Positions 1 to 33,710 of a stretch of DNA of 64,000 bases are shown here, one piece after another. The stretch lies in assembly GCA_012295275.1 (NCBI GenBank), contig CM022667.1, positions 20,274,001-20,338,000 of the forward strand, in the 5' to 3' direction. The first letter of the stretch is position 1. Each line of letters opens with the position of its first letter. The position numbers were made by a program, and so were the translations under genes. This stretch comes from Chrysomallon squamiferum (lineage: Eukaryota; Animalia; Mollusca). The notes under the pieces were generated by a model. The model searched no databases, was not told the origin of the DNA, and was given only the letters and a program-made list of their open reading frames with translations.

Positions 1-680
1 ACAGTTTCAGTTCTGTTGAGTCCATTTGCACTTTCTGTTATTGACTGAACGGTTGAAGATTCCACTGACGTTTGTGTGGTAACTTTTGAAAACAAAGATC
101 CCATCATACCTGTGTAATCTAGTTTGTACGACACGTTACGAAAGAGAACTGATTCGAGTGTTTCGTCATGTCCGCAGTTATAATCAGAAGATATATTTTG
201 TATCTTCGAAATAATGCTAATCAGTGAACTAATCCTAATTTTCATAACACTGTGTCTGACGTCTATTACTTTAAGTTCATCTGGCATTGACTCTACACTT
301 TCGTTTCCCCAATCTCCAAATATATCGAGCATACTGCATCCTAGAACGTACAGACCAACCATTTTGGCCGCCTTCAGTGGCCACGGAAAGGAAATATTAC
401 CGCCAGGTTTACACCTGATGTCGTAGATGTAGGTGAAATTGGAATGTCTGACCTTTGTCCATCTTCTGAGTCGTTCCAGCGATAAATGAACAGAATCATG
501 AGATGATGGTTCACACACAATGCGGACAGGATTAAGATTTTCGTCGCTGATGTTCGGTTTGCAAATCTCACTCCAGCCTTTGGGAAGATAATACTCTTCA
601 TCTTGTAAAACACTGCAGTAACTGTAACTGTTGAATACTAACGTCATCATAAACAGGACAATACACTTCATTTCAAGCAT
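1..680 (-). CDS. 5' part of a secreted or membrane glycoprotein gene, probably a molluscan Toll-like receptor N-terminus; truncated by the window edge
   Basis: Uninterrupted minus-strand frame from ATG 680 (alternative ATG 671) to position 1: MLEMKCIVLFMMTLVFNSYSYC (signal-peptide-like)...YDIRCKPGGNISFPWPLKAAKMVGLYVLGC...MPDELKVIDV...DYNCGHDETLESVLFRNVSY..., with several N-x-S/T sequons. Splice acceptor tttcag lies just upstream (exon starts 684). The Toll assignment is from recalled similarity of the C-x2-GG-x-I-x2-PWP-x-KA and CG-x4-L-x5-RN-x-SY motifs to mollusc 'protein toll-like' sequences; no LRR or TIR is visible in the window. Confidence 0.6.
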   Translation of the reverse strand, partial: MLEMKCIVLFMMTLVFNSYSYCSVLQDEEYYLPKGWSEICKPNISDENLNPVRIVCEPSSHDSVHLSLERLRRWTKVRHSNFTYIYDIRCKPGGNISFPWPLKAAKMVGLYVLGCSMLDIFGDWGNESVESMPDELKVIDVRHSVMKIRISSLISIISKIQNISSDYNCGHDETLESVLFRNVSYKLDYTGMMGSLFSKVTTQTSVESSTVQSITESANGLNRTET

Positions 681-688
681 GGATCTGA

Positions 689-690
<2 letters not shown>

Positions 691-779
<89 letters not shown>

Positions 780-800
780 ATATAATAGTAGTAGTAGTTG
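691..800. repeat. (TAA)n/(TAG)n compound microsatellite
   Basis: Directly visible trinucleotide runs next to the splice acceptor of the Toll-like exon. Confidence 0.95.
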
Positions 801-990
801 TAATACTACTGTAAATATAATCATGGAATTAGTTATCAGAATGTTAATAATAGAAGCGTGTGGTGACTGGTCTGGGTTTACATGATAATAATAATACCTG
901 GGCGGTTATACTTATATTTTTATCTACTCGGAGGCCGATATAAAGTGTTTGCTGCTGAATTATGAAACACTCAAAATGCATATCAGTTGT

Positions 991-1022
<32 letters not shown>

Positions 1023-1167
1023 CTTTATCTAAACCATTTTGGTATCTTTTACTATTTTGTTCTTGAAAGAACATTCGAGTACCTGTGCAATAAATGAAGT
1101 TTGATTAGAAAATAAATTATTAAAATAAGATGAGCTGTATTTTTCAAAGGATTCCTTCATGGTAGAA

Positions 1168-1213
<46 letters not shown>

Positions 1214-1932
1214 TTCTTTTTTTATTTGTTTATTCAGAAATGCTTACAAATGAAAATAGTATTTTGGAAAGATACGGTAATTATTTTAAATACTGTATAT
1301 TCCATTAATTAATTACTGATTCACGTAAATTATGTACATAACATGAACATGTAAAACAACACCTCCACCATCAATAATATAAAATAATAATAATAATAAT
1401 TTAATAAAACCAAACAAAAACAAAAATAAATTCAAAAACAACAACTAACAAAACAAACAAACAAAAAACAAAAAACCTGTAACAAAGAGAAGACCCCCGC
1501 TCAAAAACAATTGAAATTATTACTTATACTGAAGAAAAATACTATATATAAAACCAACAATTATTGAAATAGTAGTAGTAACTGCGAAAATAATACAGTT
1601 TATACAAATAAAAATAACCAAGTAAATTACAATACCTTAGCAGCAGGAATCAGGTAAATTACACATTTTCCATCCTTTAGTGTCAGTGTCAAATCAAAAA
1701 CATCCAACAATAAAATAACAAAATAAATTTATATTAGTTTCATATTTTCTGTGTGTATGGTTTGTACACGTCTGTAAACCAGTTTAGAAGTGAACAATGG
1801 CTGAAGGCAGTGAGGAGTTGATAATCTCGCTATCACAGCACACTGGGAATGATAAATATTCTGTAACATGTGGTTTTATTCTTCTTCTCTCCAGGACAAG
1901 ACTACTTTAGTGAAAATAAAATTTAAAGACAT

Positions 1933-1935
<3 letters not shown>

Positions 1936-2022
<87 letters not shown>
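1936..2022. repeat. (CT)n microsatellite
   Basis: Directly visible; source of the SLSLSL ORF at 1868-2077. Confidence 0.95.
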
Positions 2023-2024
<2 letters not shown>

Positions 2025-2037
2025 ATAAAAAACAGAA

Positions 2038-2327
2038 CATAGGTTTTCAACTTAGGGGTAGCCAGCCTTTTTTCTAGGGGTCACAAGATCGTTCTTGAGC
2101 GAGGGTATGTTTTATCTTTTTTCAGATTGACTTGGAAGGAGGAATAAATAAAAACGTGTTGATAGGTCTGGGACCCGTCACAGTGAATATAGAATTTTTG
2201 TACTGTCTTTGGTTGATGAAAATATGGTAACCCTAGATATTATTGAATCAAAAATTTTATAGGGGGTCATCGGTCATACTGAGTTGCTCAAATGGGGTCG
2301 CGGTATGAAAAAGATTGAAAACCAGTA
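2038..2327. mobile_element. Non-autonomous hAT (Charlie-like) MITE relic
   Basis: Imperfect TIRs cataggttttcaa ... ttgaaaaccagta, internal ggggtc motifs, flanked by a near-identical 8-bp TSD (aaacagaa 2030-2037 / aaatagaa 2328-2335), the TSD length typical of hAT elements. Confidence 0.6.
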
Positions 2328-4073
2328 AAATAGAATTTGCTTGTTTCAGATAGAGAGGCAATGAGAATAAAAAGAACAATAACAATAAATAAATAGATAA
2401 ATAAATAAATAATAAAACCAAAAAACCCCAAAACAAATACGTATAGATATAAATCAATAAACAGTTAAAATAAATAAAATAAAAAAGTGAAAAGCTATGC
2501 ACTTTTTAATTATTTACAGCTTTTTATACAGAGACACACACATACGTATGTAGAAGCAGATATATATTATGTCATTTTATGACGTTTCTAATTCTTTTGT
2601 TTACTCTTTATTAATTAATTAATTTATTTATTTATTTATTGTTGCTGTTGATATTCTTATTGCTTATTATTAAATATAATTTATTATTTTAGTGGTACTA
2701 TTAATTCTTAATATATTTTATAATAATATTAACATTGTTATTTTCTCCTACAAGTATAGCCTTTTTCAACATTAACTTGCATGCATATCTTTTCTGGGAT
2801 TTCAGTTCAAAATATAAAAAATATTTCAAGTAACTTCAAGAATTTGAAAAATCCGTTCATAAAATAAAGAAAAAAAGAAAAAAAATGTACAAAAAAACGG
2901 AAAGTCTTTGGGTTCATTTTTCTCTCTAATAAAAATAAAACAAAACAAAACAACAACAGCAACAACAATAATTATCTGCAGTTAGACAAATCTTTGGTCA
3001 TTATTGGTCATTTTGCTATATTACGTGTTCAAAATCGCTGATAGTGTAATTAACTGTAATTATGCCTTGACGCATGAAAACCTAAATTTGAAACGTCAGT
3101 CATCTTTCACATCATACTATTGTTATCGTTATTATTATGATATACTTTTATTTTTACTTAAATAAGGTAATATTTTACTTACATGTATCAGCAGATTTGA
3201 GAAACACCAATGGTTAAAGTACGACAGGAACAGATTCAGTTTTCAGACTCACTGAGTCACTCGCTTGGCCAACACGAATTACTTCTGAATTAATTTAATT
3301 ATGTGGGTCACTTGTTGAACAGAAAACTCATAGACCTGTTTCAGAAAGACAAACAATTGTTATGCGGCTTTCTCTGTGAATGAAATCCTTTATGTCTAAT
3401 GTGACATGCCTCGGGGTACAAATATCCGCATTGAGGCTATCGTGTTGATTCCGGTTTGTATTCGTGATGTGTTTGTGTTTCCCAAAATATAACGGAGTCA
3501 AGGCTGTTTTCTTTTCAGATGCATCGAAAGATATATTTTCCATTTTTTGTCATCATCATCATCATCATTATTGTTGCTGTCGTTGTCGTTCTTGGGGGTG
3601 TGTGTGTTTTTTTACTTTGTTATTATTATATTTGCTATATCATTGCCTGAGACAGAGTGATTAAAAACTATTTAAAAGCTGTAGCCGTTATGAATTTATT
3701 TGTTCTTATTTTGTTATGAATAAGTTCGTCTTTAATATAAAGAATAAAAATAAATTTCATCCTTTAAGTGTGTTGTCCTAGACAAAAGATCCGAATGGGA
3801 AATGTTGGTGTCGTAAAAAACTTATCTCAGGGTCCGAGGGAAAGATTTATAAAAAAAAATATTTAAGCTCCGTGTCGTTTTTGTTTAAGATTTATATTAC
3901 TGGTTTTCATACAGAAAAGCAATACTGAATAGGAATCTGAATTATTATTGGTAAAAATAAAATAGATAATAAAAACAAAAATACTTATCTCACGAAAGAA
4001 GAAAAAAAAAATAAATACAAAAAAATACAAATAAATACAAATAATAAATAAATAAATACAAATAATAAATAAA

Positions 4074-4142
<69 letters not shown>

Positions 4143-4890
4143 TAATAATAATGATAATAATAATGAAACTGGTGGTTTATAAATGTTAATTATGGTCCAG
4201 ATGTACGTGTAAATGTCCTTAACCTGAGGCACAGAAATAAATGATTATTTTATCATAACAGAATCTAGTATTAACAGCAACAGTTTTTCGTTTGCACAGG
4301 CCATTAACAATATTATATTTAGAAGACAAAAAAATATATATACATATATTATATTTCAAACAGCAAAAAAAGGTATTATTATTATTATATACTTATATAT
4401 ATGTAATATATGTATCTCCCAAAGTTCCAAAACGCCTATTTTATTATAATAATTATTTTTGTTTTCAGTAGTAGTAGTAGTAGTAGAATTATTAGAATTA
4501 TGAGACGTAATATTAGCCTTTCAAGTAATTTATATTTTTGTTGTTTTTATGTAAATGTCTGAGGTTTTATAGTTTATTTTAAGAAACTAATGATGAAAAG
4601 AATTCATTTTTTCATATGTTTATATGAGTAACTTCAGAAGCTTATTTTCGTGGGTTTAATATAAAATGACTTATTGTACAAATTGCTAATGATGCTGTTG
4701 GGTCTTAAATATCATACGTATCAAAACCTATAATCATAGATGATTCAAATGTGTACACGGGGAACAGAAGGGAAAATTATCTTGGTATAAAAACTACTTG
4801 AATATTCGACAATCCACACAAACACCATCTCCATACAAAATTTGTTGTGCGATCATAGAATCCAGTTGAACATTAAGCTATTTACGTAGA

Positions 4891-4937
<47 letters not shown>

Positions 4938-6010
4938 AGAAGAAGAAAACAAGATTATTAGCTGCTAAAACTGCTTTGTGGTCACTTGCTGCTATATTTT
5001 GTAGCTATATCCAGCCTTTGATGGAATAGTTTAATTAGTTGTTTGTTAGTATTATATTTGCCTGAGACACAGTGTTTAAAAGCTGTAGCCGCTATATATT
5101 TATTTTTTCTCCAAACCGGATCACAAGAGGCGCTGGTTAATTCAAAATCTAAAATAGCGTGACGGAAATTGTTTGTTTTTCTAATAACCAACTCTTCAAA
5201 TGACATAAGGGAAATAACTGCTACAGTTTTGTAACTAAAAGTTAAAACGTATACTTATTGTCAGTATTTGCAAAGAATAATTCTCATAAGTTCTTTTTCT
5301 TTGTTTCTTAAATAACGGAACAATAAGAATAGTGGAAATTATATACAAATAAACAAACAAAACAAAACAAAACTACAAAAAATAAATAAATAAAGTATCA
5401 AATAAATTACTAAAATAAAATAAAGAAAAGAATTAAATCTAAAAATGAATGAATGAATGAATGAATAAATAATAATAAAACAAAAACACTAATAAAATAA
5501 ATAACTAAAATAACATTAAAACTTAAATATTGTTTGTTAATTAGTTTGTTTGTTTTGTTTTTTATTTGTTTTTTAAAACACCTCTCAAGTTAATCACTTT
5601 ATTTTAGATATTATGTTTAATTTATTTATAATTTTAATACTAATTCAGTTTTTGTTGTATTTTTAATTTGGAGACCACAAATTATAATTTTTTCATAGAA
5701 TAAAAATTTAGAAATAAATATAAAATAAAGGTCCCTGATCTAGAATTACATATTTTTGTTTGATATATCAATATAGTGTGACAGGAGTTAAGTAACGCCA
5801 TATCATACGGAATTTGTGTAAGAGCATGTTTGTTTCTGATATATATATATATATATATGTAACTAAATATAAATCTGTTTATATGTTTGTATGTGTCTGT
5901 GAGTCATATTTTTTTTTTTTTTGGTTTTTGGGTGTTTTTTCTTTTCATTTCCTTTGATTCTTTTATTATTATTATTATTAATATTTATAATATAAATGAT
6001 TATTAACCAT

Positions 6011-6049
<39 letters not shown>

Positions 6050-7149
6050 TTTTGTTGTTTGTGTGTATGTTTTTTGTGCATAGACATACGCATATTTTAT
6101 TTATACTGGAAGTTGTTTGTATTCAAGATCTAAGTAGGTTAACGACTTGTCTTTGATAATCAGAATGGCAATATTGATTGTCTTAATCAGTTTGTAGATA
6201 AAGTTGCAATTGTCTACAGAATGAATGAAGTATTACGCTCATCTCGGGATCTCATCTCTTCTCGCGATATTCGACGTTGTTTGGCGTCCGTGAGAGATAT
6301 TCCTCGGATGTATCTCGTCCAATCAGGCGTCACTCTCAGCCAGGGATGTCTCATATGGAAATAAAAGCTTGATAACGTTTTCATATGAAAGTGTGCGAGT
6401 TGAATTAAATACAGAAATAATCAGCATTACAGAAAGAAAATAAAGAAGAAAAAAGAAACGAAAATAGAAAAAGAAAAAAAAAAAAATTAAAAAAGAAAAT
6501 AAAAGAAAAAAAAGAAAAAAAAAAAAAGAAAAAGGTTTCGATAAAGACTTCAGATGTTTTATTAATCAAATTAAAATTCGTATTCATGTTAAACTTTCTC
6601 GTTTTTTTTCAAATGTCTAACAGGGTTTATATGTTTATCGAATAAAATGTCCTACGTGATTTAAATACTGAAGTAAACGACATTGTTAGTATTTCAGATG
6701 TTTATGTGTTTAGGCAAATAAAATATATAGTAACTATATATAAATACGATAACAAAATGTATGTATTTATCTGCACTCAGTTTTATGTGTTAATGTTATT
6801 TAGAAAAGATAAAGATATACACACTGGAATCCTAACCGTTGTTTGATGAAACTGAATTAGTCATTTGATAGTGATAGATGGAAGTAATAATTTTTTAACA
6901 AATAAATTCTCAGACATGATACTCATTTCAGATATAAAATTACATTTCGGTTTTAACAGTATAAACAGATTTGGTTAATTTTTGAAAATCTTATAAAACT
7001 GCAAATTAATATGTCGTGTTTTATGTTATTGCATAATTTTAACAAAGGACTTTGATTTTGTAAAACTTATAAAGGTCCAAAAAATTTTATGTTATATTTC
7101 CTACATAAATAGAAATAAATACTTCTATAACGATCATTAAATAATAATA

Positions 7150-7224
<75 letters not shown>

Positions 7225-9103
7225 TAATAAATACGATGATGATGGTAGATATATAAATAAACAAAAAAGCAATAGATAAGTTTAAAAAATAATAGCACAG
7301 ACACATACTCGCAAAAAGGAAACGAGAGAGAGAGAGAGAAAAAAGAAACCAATACTAATAATAACACGACGACGACAATGACGTCAACAACAAAAGCATT
7401 AAAACAAATTAAATTACAAAATTAAATTTTTTAAAAACTCCCGACATTTTTGCGATATGATCAAGGCAGGTGTTTTTGTTACGCAGGTATTTTTATATCA
7501 CTTTATTTATTCTTAACCGCTTCTCCCATCTGACGTGAAATATCACCTTTCCCGAAAACACGATCTGACGTCTTCCAACGTGAAACCTAATCTGACGGCT
7601 ATTATTTCATATTTATGGCAATAACAATAACTAGGTGCTCAAGATAGAGAATACATAAATATATCTCTGGGTTGCAGTACAGGGTCGAACTCACAGATCA
7701 TCGTATTTAAGGTGGGTGTTACAGTTATGTCTGACAGTCTTTGAATGGCGTTCTGAATGTCGTACATGATGATGTATGATTAAATTATAAAAACAATAAA
7801 TAAATAAAAAAATAGAAAATTAAAACCTGCGGTCATTAGTCACTACGGACACACGTCGTGATGTTAATAAATCATAATACTTAGTATGCTCACACAGGCA
7901 CACATCTATTTATCTACAGACGCACGCAAACACACTTAGAAACCCACATATTCATTCATCCAGAATATCTATATCCCATCTGTAAACACACCCACCCACC
8001 CCTACGTATACATACACACACATACATACATATACATTGTTTTTTTTTTATTAAGTTTAGATACAGCGCATAGCTTCCTAATACCTTAAAGACTTACGTT
8101 TTTCTTTTACACATATTAACTTAAGTGTAATAGGCTCGATATCTTCCTTCATGGCTGATTAATCACACACATTTAATGGATCTCGGGGAAGACGTAGTTA
8201 GATTTGTTATGTTACCAGGTGTATACAAAACACAGCTGAATATAATTTAAAAGTCAGACACGTTCACGAATTCATTATTTAAACCTCTCGCCAAGTTTAG
8301 AAGTTAAAAATAACAGTTCAGCAATAACAGTTAAGCAATAACAACATCAACAACAACACCATCAAAGACAGTTATTAATAACATAAAGCTACACAATTGA
8401 TATAAAATATTATCTAAATCACTGGTACGAACTTATAATAGAATTTAGTGTTACTATCTGTGTTTGACTTCTCCTTTAGTAAAATATTTGTGCAAAATAC
8501 TAAAGAAAAAATAATTTAAAAATGTAAATTGATTCCCCGATAAATTCATTTATTTATTTATTGCGGTAGAGGAATAAAAAAGAAAAAAAAAAATAGAAAG
8601 AAAAGAAAATGAAAGAAAAGAAAGCGTGTATTTGCCTAAAGATAGCATAAGTGACTTTTTACGCTACAGAAGAGAGAGAGAGAGGGGATGGTGTAGTGAA
8701 GTTATCTGATTACGAACTAGCCTCAGCTAACAGGACGTGATTCTCGCGTGATGGAAATCTGCGTGACTCGATGCTGCAGTCCAAGTTAGGACGGCAGATG
8801 ACATCGACAGAAAGTCATTCCTCTTCTTATCAGGCTGCCAGCAATCAGCGCAGGACATATCTCAACCACTGCAGGACCTTAATTCGATGAAAAACTTCCT
8901 TATTTTCACAGCTTAAGTCTTCTTTCTCTCGCTCTTTTTTTTTTTTCCTCAGTGTTTAATATTCAGTGTTGCAAATTGATTGCATTGTCAGTGTTGTACA
9001 AATCGCAATTGTTTATGCAAAATGGCTTCTCAGTCAAAAAATTCTGTCTGTGTCAATATACAAAATACGATAAATGATTTGAATATAGAAAACTATTCTT
9101 TTT

Positions 9104-9175
<72 letters not shown>

Positions 9176-9499
9176 GATGCAAACAAACCCAGAACAGATT
9201 ACAACTTTTAAATGTAAACAATAACGACAAAGCCTTCAAAATCTTTAGATAACCTCTATCATACAAACACTAATTTGTCAAATTCACGAAAACGTGAAAC
9301 AGTAACACTGGAAAATACTTAGTGAACTGGAGGGGGGGGACACGATATTTAATAAAATAAATTATAGCTGAAACCTAAACCTCGGTTTATTTTACCTTCT
9401 ACATCACCACTCATTACTGATTATATTTTATTTCATGTAATTCGAACACAAAACCCGAGTGTTTGCGGTACGATTGTATACTCCGTACTCCACAGATGG

Positions 9500-9620
9500 C
9501 GCTGCGATAAAAAGGCGCCAACCGTGATGTTGCGATAAGATGGAGGCCGTGATAAGGTTCGACGCGACTCGAGTTCGCTCAATGTAAATGAAAGATTCTG
9601 CGATAACAGTAGATAGGACA
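9500..9620. promoter_or_regulatory. GATA-site cluster A (putative enhancer)
   Basis: Five same-strand GATAA/GATAG sites (~9506, 9534, 9551, 9602, 9612) in a CpG-rich patch. Confidence 0.55.
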
Positions 9621-10564
9621 ACACTTCAGTATAAAATCAATAGATATAGATCTCTAATGTGGAACCCGTATTGTTGGAAGTCGGGTCTATCTTTGACATC
9701 AAGGTTATTATTATTTTTTTCTCCAGCACAAATCTGTAATATTTTGCTGAAGTTACAGTGGAATAAAATACGACAGTTTCATTTCCTAATAATTACGTTC
9801 TTGTCAATAATTAGGCGCACGTATCTGTTACAGATTTATAGTTATAAATTATAAATGTGTACGCAGTTCACAGACAGTTATAAATTATATTTTTTCATGT
9901 GTTTTATTGTTTTTAACAACAACAATGGAAATAAACGAAGGCTTGTATCACTCGCTCAGATAACTGTAATATATCGTTTATTCTCGTAATTATATGGACA
10001 AACTATTTCATCGATAATGTTTTTATTACTATTTTATGTATGTAGGTCAGGGTATACGGATGTTTTTGTATATCTACATGTGTGTTTGTATGTAAAGTGT
10101 AATATTTTCAATTAGGTCGGCAAATTCGTGTGTTTAAAATGTATTACCTGCAATTAGTTTAGCTATTAACAGTTAAAATACGATAAAAGGCGTGAACGCA
10201 CGCACAACATATGTTTCTGTCTGTTAAACGTAAAATAATAACTGAAATACAGAGCTAATAACATGGTAGAAAACACATTTGTACACACACACAGAAACAC
10301 ACACACACACACACACACGCACGCCACCCCCAAAAAAAAAAAAAAACCTATACAGGAACAAACAAACAAACAAAACGAAACAAACAAACAAAAAAAAAAA
10401 AATATTTAAAACTTCTTCTACGGAATTCACCACGCGTGTTTCAAAAGCACAGACAAGTGATTTAAAATAAGTTAATATTTTGTCAATGATATATTCTGAA
10501 GGTAGCTTCTTAAGAGGAAGGCGATGTACAGAGTTTGGCAGGTTTATTATATTACTATTATTAT

Positions 10565-10920
10565 ACTTCTTATCAGCTTTCTGCTTTATTATATTATATT
10601 AGAAGTCTTATCGAGGTTCGCTTATCACACATCTAACGTGGTTTATCGTGGTCAGAACTGTCCGATGAGAGGAGTCACGTGACTGTCTAATCAGATGAGA
10701 ATCCAGGTTTGGCATACCTATCTCTGTATCCAAGCACCAGCATCGAACCAGCCTATCTTATCGGGTTTTTATCTAGGTGGGTCCGGACTAGAATGATAGC
10801 GTCGTCTTCTTGATAATTTTTTGTAGAACTTCTTTTGTCAGACGTCTGCTCCATGAAATGCAAAGATAGAGCTGGAGATAAGGCTCTAAAACCGGAGAAA
10901 GTGAGACAGATAAGCTAGGA
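10565..10920. promoter_or_regulatory. GATA-site cluster B (putative enhancer)
   Basis: About 12-13 TTATC/CTATC/GATAA/GATAG sites in ~350 bp (e.g. cttatca, cttatcg, gtttatcg, ctatcttatcg, agataag twice), 2.4 kb upstream of the FOG ATG. Confidence 0.6.
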
Positions 10921-12030
10921 AAAGGTCATACATGCAAGTTTGTATAAAAATTTAATCTAAAGAAGAATGTGCCAAACATAGACAGAAAAAAGGGGGAGGA
11001 AGAAAAAAAGAAAGAAACAGAGAAAAAAAAAAAAAAAAATGCAGTTATAAAATTTAATGTTGCTAGAGTAAACCAAGTACATATCTGTTTAATTTTATTT
11101 CTTAAGTGAACGAATGTCGTTTCATTTATGTTCACACATGCACACACACACACACACACACAAGATCACACACGTACACACACACACCACACACATATGC
11201 ACACACACAAACAACTGCCGTCTTTTTCATTACAGTTTCTTGATGTAATGATAATTCCATTAGATACGTTGAACGTTCCAGTTTTTTTTCTTCCAGAAGG
11301 ATAAAAACGCTTGGAAAAAGAACAATATTTACACTTTCTTCTTTGGCATCTGACTCGATTTGCCTAATAATTCTTGACTAGTGGAATTTCTTCCAATTAT
11401 TGAAATATACTTCTACTACAACTGCAGTGCTGCTGCTGCTACTACAAGCGATGCTGTTGCAATTACCATTACCTACTGTTACCTACTGTTACTATCTCTA
11501 TTTAGTTTCTAATATAACTGACTGTTATTTACTGATAAAAAATATTCAAGGAGTGATAATAATGAGTTTCTGTTCCTGTATCAGCATTATTATATGTAAT
11601 AATGTCCGTCAAAATAGATAATTTACGAGCAACATTTCCATATATTTTATATACATACATAGGTACACACACAGACACACACAGACACGTACACACAGAC
11701 ACACACACATACAGACACACACATCGCGCGCGCACGCACACACACACACACACACACAAATCTTCTTATAAGCAAGAATGAACACCGCATGGCCTTTTAT
11801 AATCGTAAGCTCTGATTGGTTGGAACGAGAAATTATCCAGTGGCAACGGCTCTATGACTAGACTGCGAATACAAAATAAAAAAGATTAAATAAAATTTCA
11901 TAAACACAGCTGCAAATATCAGGTAGTTTTTTATTTGATTGTATAAGCATTTAGTATTTATTCTGTAATAATGTTATTTATATGCTTTCAAATTTTGAAA
12001 TTAAGCGATAAAAAACGTGAATTAAAACTC

Positions 12031-12150
<120 letters not shown>

Positions 12151-12302
12151 AGTTAATTGCGTTTATTATTATTATTTTTTAGCTCATTACAATCATATTT
12201 ACGATTTATTGTTGTCAGTGAGGAAGACACTTTAAGTTTTCATTTGTACCTACCTACTCTTCTGAGGCTGTGATGTCAAAGTGAAATACCGGTAAATATC
12301 TA

Positions 12303-12364
<62 letters not shown>

Positions 12365-12714
12365 CAACAACAACAACAACAACAATAATAATAATAATGT
12401 TTGTTTTGGGGGTTTTGTTTGTTTTCTCGTTATGAACTATTTGGTTCCACATACATTCAATTTCAATAGACGTATAAAATAAAAATATGTTTTTCGCATT
12501 TCATCTTTATCATTAAATAAAAGTAAAAAATAAATAAATATAAAAATAAAAATAAAATAAAATAAAATAAAAATTAAAAAACTATATATGTAAAATTAAA
12601 ATAATAATAACAATAATAACAACAACAACAACAACAAATTTCAAAAAATTAAGAATAAGAAGAAATAATAATAATAATAATAATAAAAAGAAATTATGAA
12701 GAGAAGAAAATCAT

Positions 12715-13322
12715 CCATATCTTATCATATGCTGGCCACGCCCATTTCGTTTTAAAAGTGATACTGCAGCAGTCCAACGCCTATCACAGCTGCACAAATA
12801 ATGTTACAGCTGATTGTCTCAGCCCAGAGAGAAGAAACTCAGATAGCCGAAAACCGTGCAACGAAAGGCTTTTGTTTTGAGAAAACAGAACGTCGGTTTT
12901 TCGAGCGAGATTTGTCTGTCACCCAGTTGTGATAAGAAAGACGAATAACCGATGTTATCGCCTGTCTGTGATAACATCGAGAGATACCGGAGATAAAAAC
13001 CCGCATACATAATTTGAGTCACCGGCGCGCTGATTCGTCCAACCATGGAGATTAGATTTAAAGATAATTGTGCCATATTCCGCGTTGTATAGTTCAGTTG
13101 TTCGCCAGTCGGATAATACCGTCGAAACCAATGCACGTTTTATCGCTTTATTGCAGTCGTAAATTATTCTTTTAAGTTTTTTTGATATGCATTTATAGTT
13201 TTCACTAAAGGTCATGGCGCATGCAAAATTATTAAGGTCACTGTGTCGTTGCGCATGCTGACCTGTGAGTACATGTGGATTTGACAACGGTGCCGGGCAT
13301 TTCAAGACATCGAAACATCGCA
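12715..13322 (+). promoter_or_regulatory. CpG-rich promoter/5' UTR region of the ZFPM/FOG gene with GATA cluster C
   Basis: GC/CpG-enriched stretch immediately before the MSRRKQ start codon, with about 10 GATA sites (cttatca, ctatca, agatag, tgataag, gttatcg, tgataac, agataaa, agataat, ggataat, tttatcg). Confidence 0.65.

Positions 13323-33710
<20,388 letters not shown>

Noticed and set aside
374-613. Listed 79-aa minus ORF and the 214-426 plus ORF
   Set aside because: Alternative frames of the longer real minus-strand exon (680 to 1).
3644-5240. Shared tgcctgagaca...aaaagctgtagccg motif at ~3644 and ~5060
   Set aside because: Probably fragments of a dispersed repeat, but too short and decayed to set boundaries or class.
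7660-7730. tRNA gene (minus-strand B-box-like gagttcgacc)
   Set aside because: No cloverleaf or clear A-box; at most a decayed tRNA-derived SINE.
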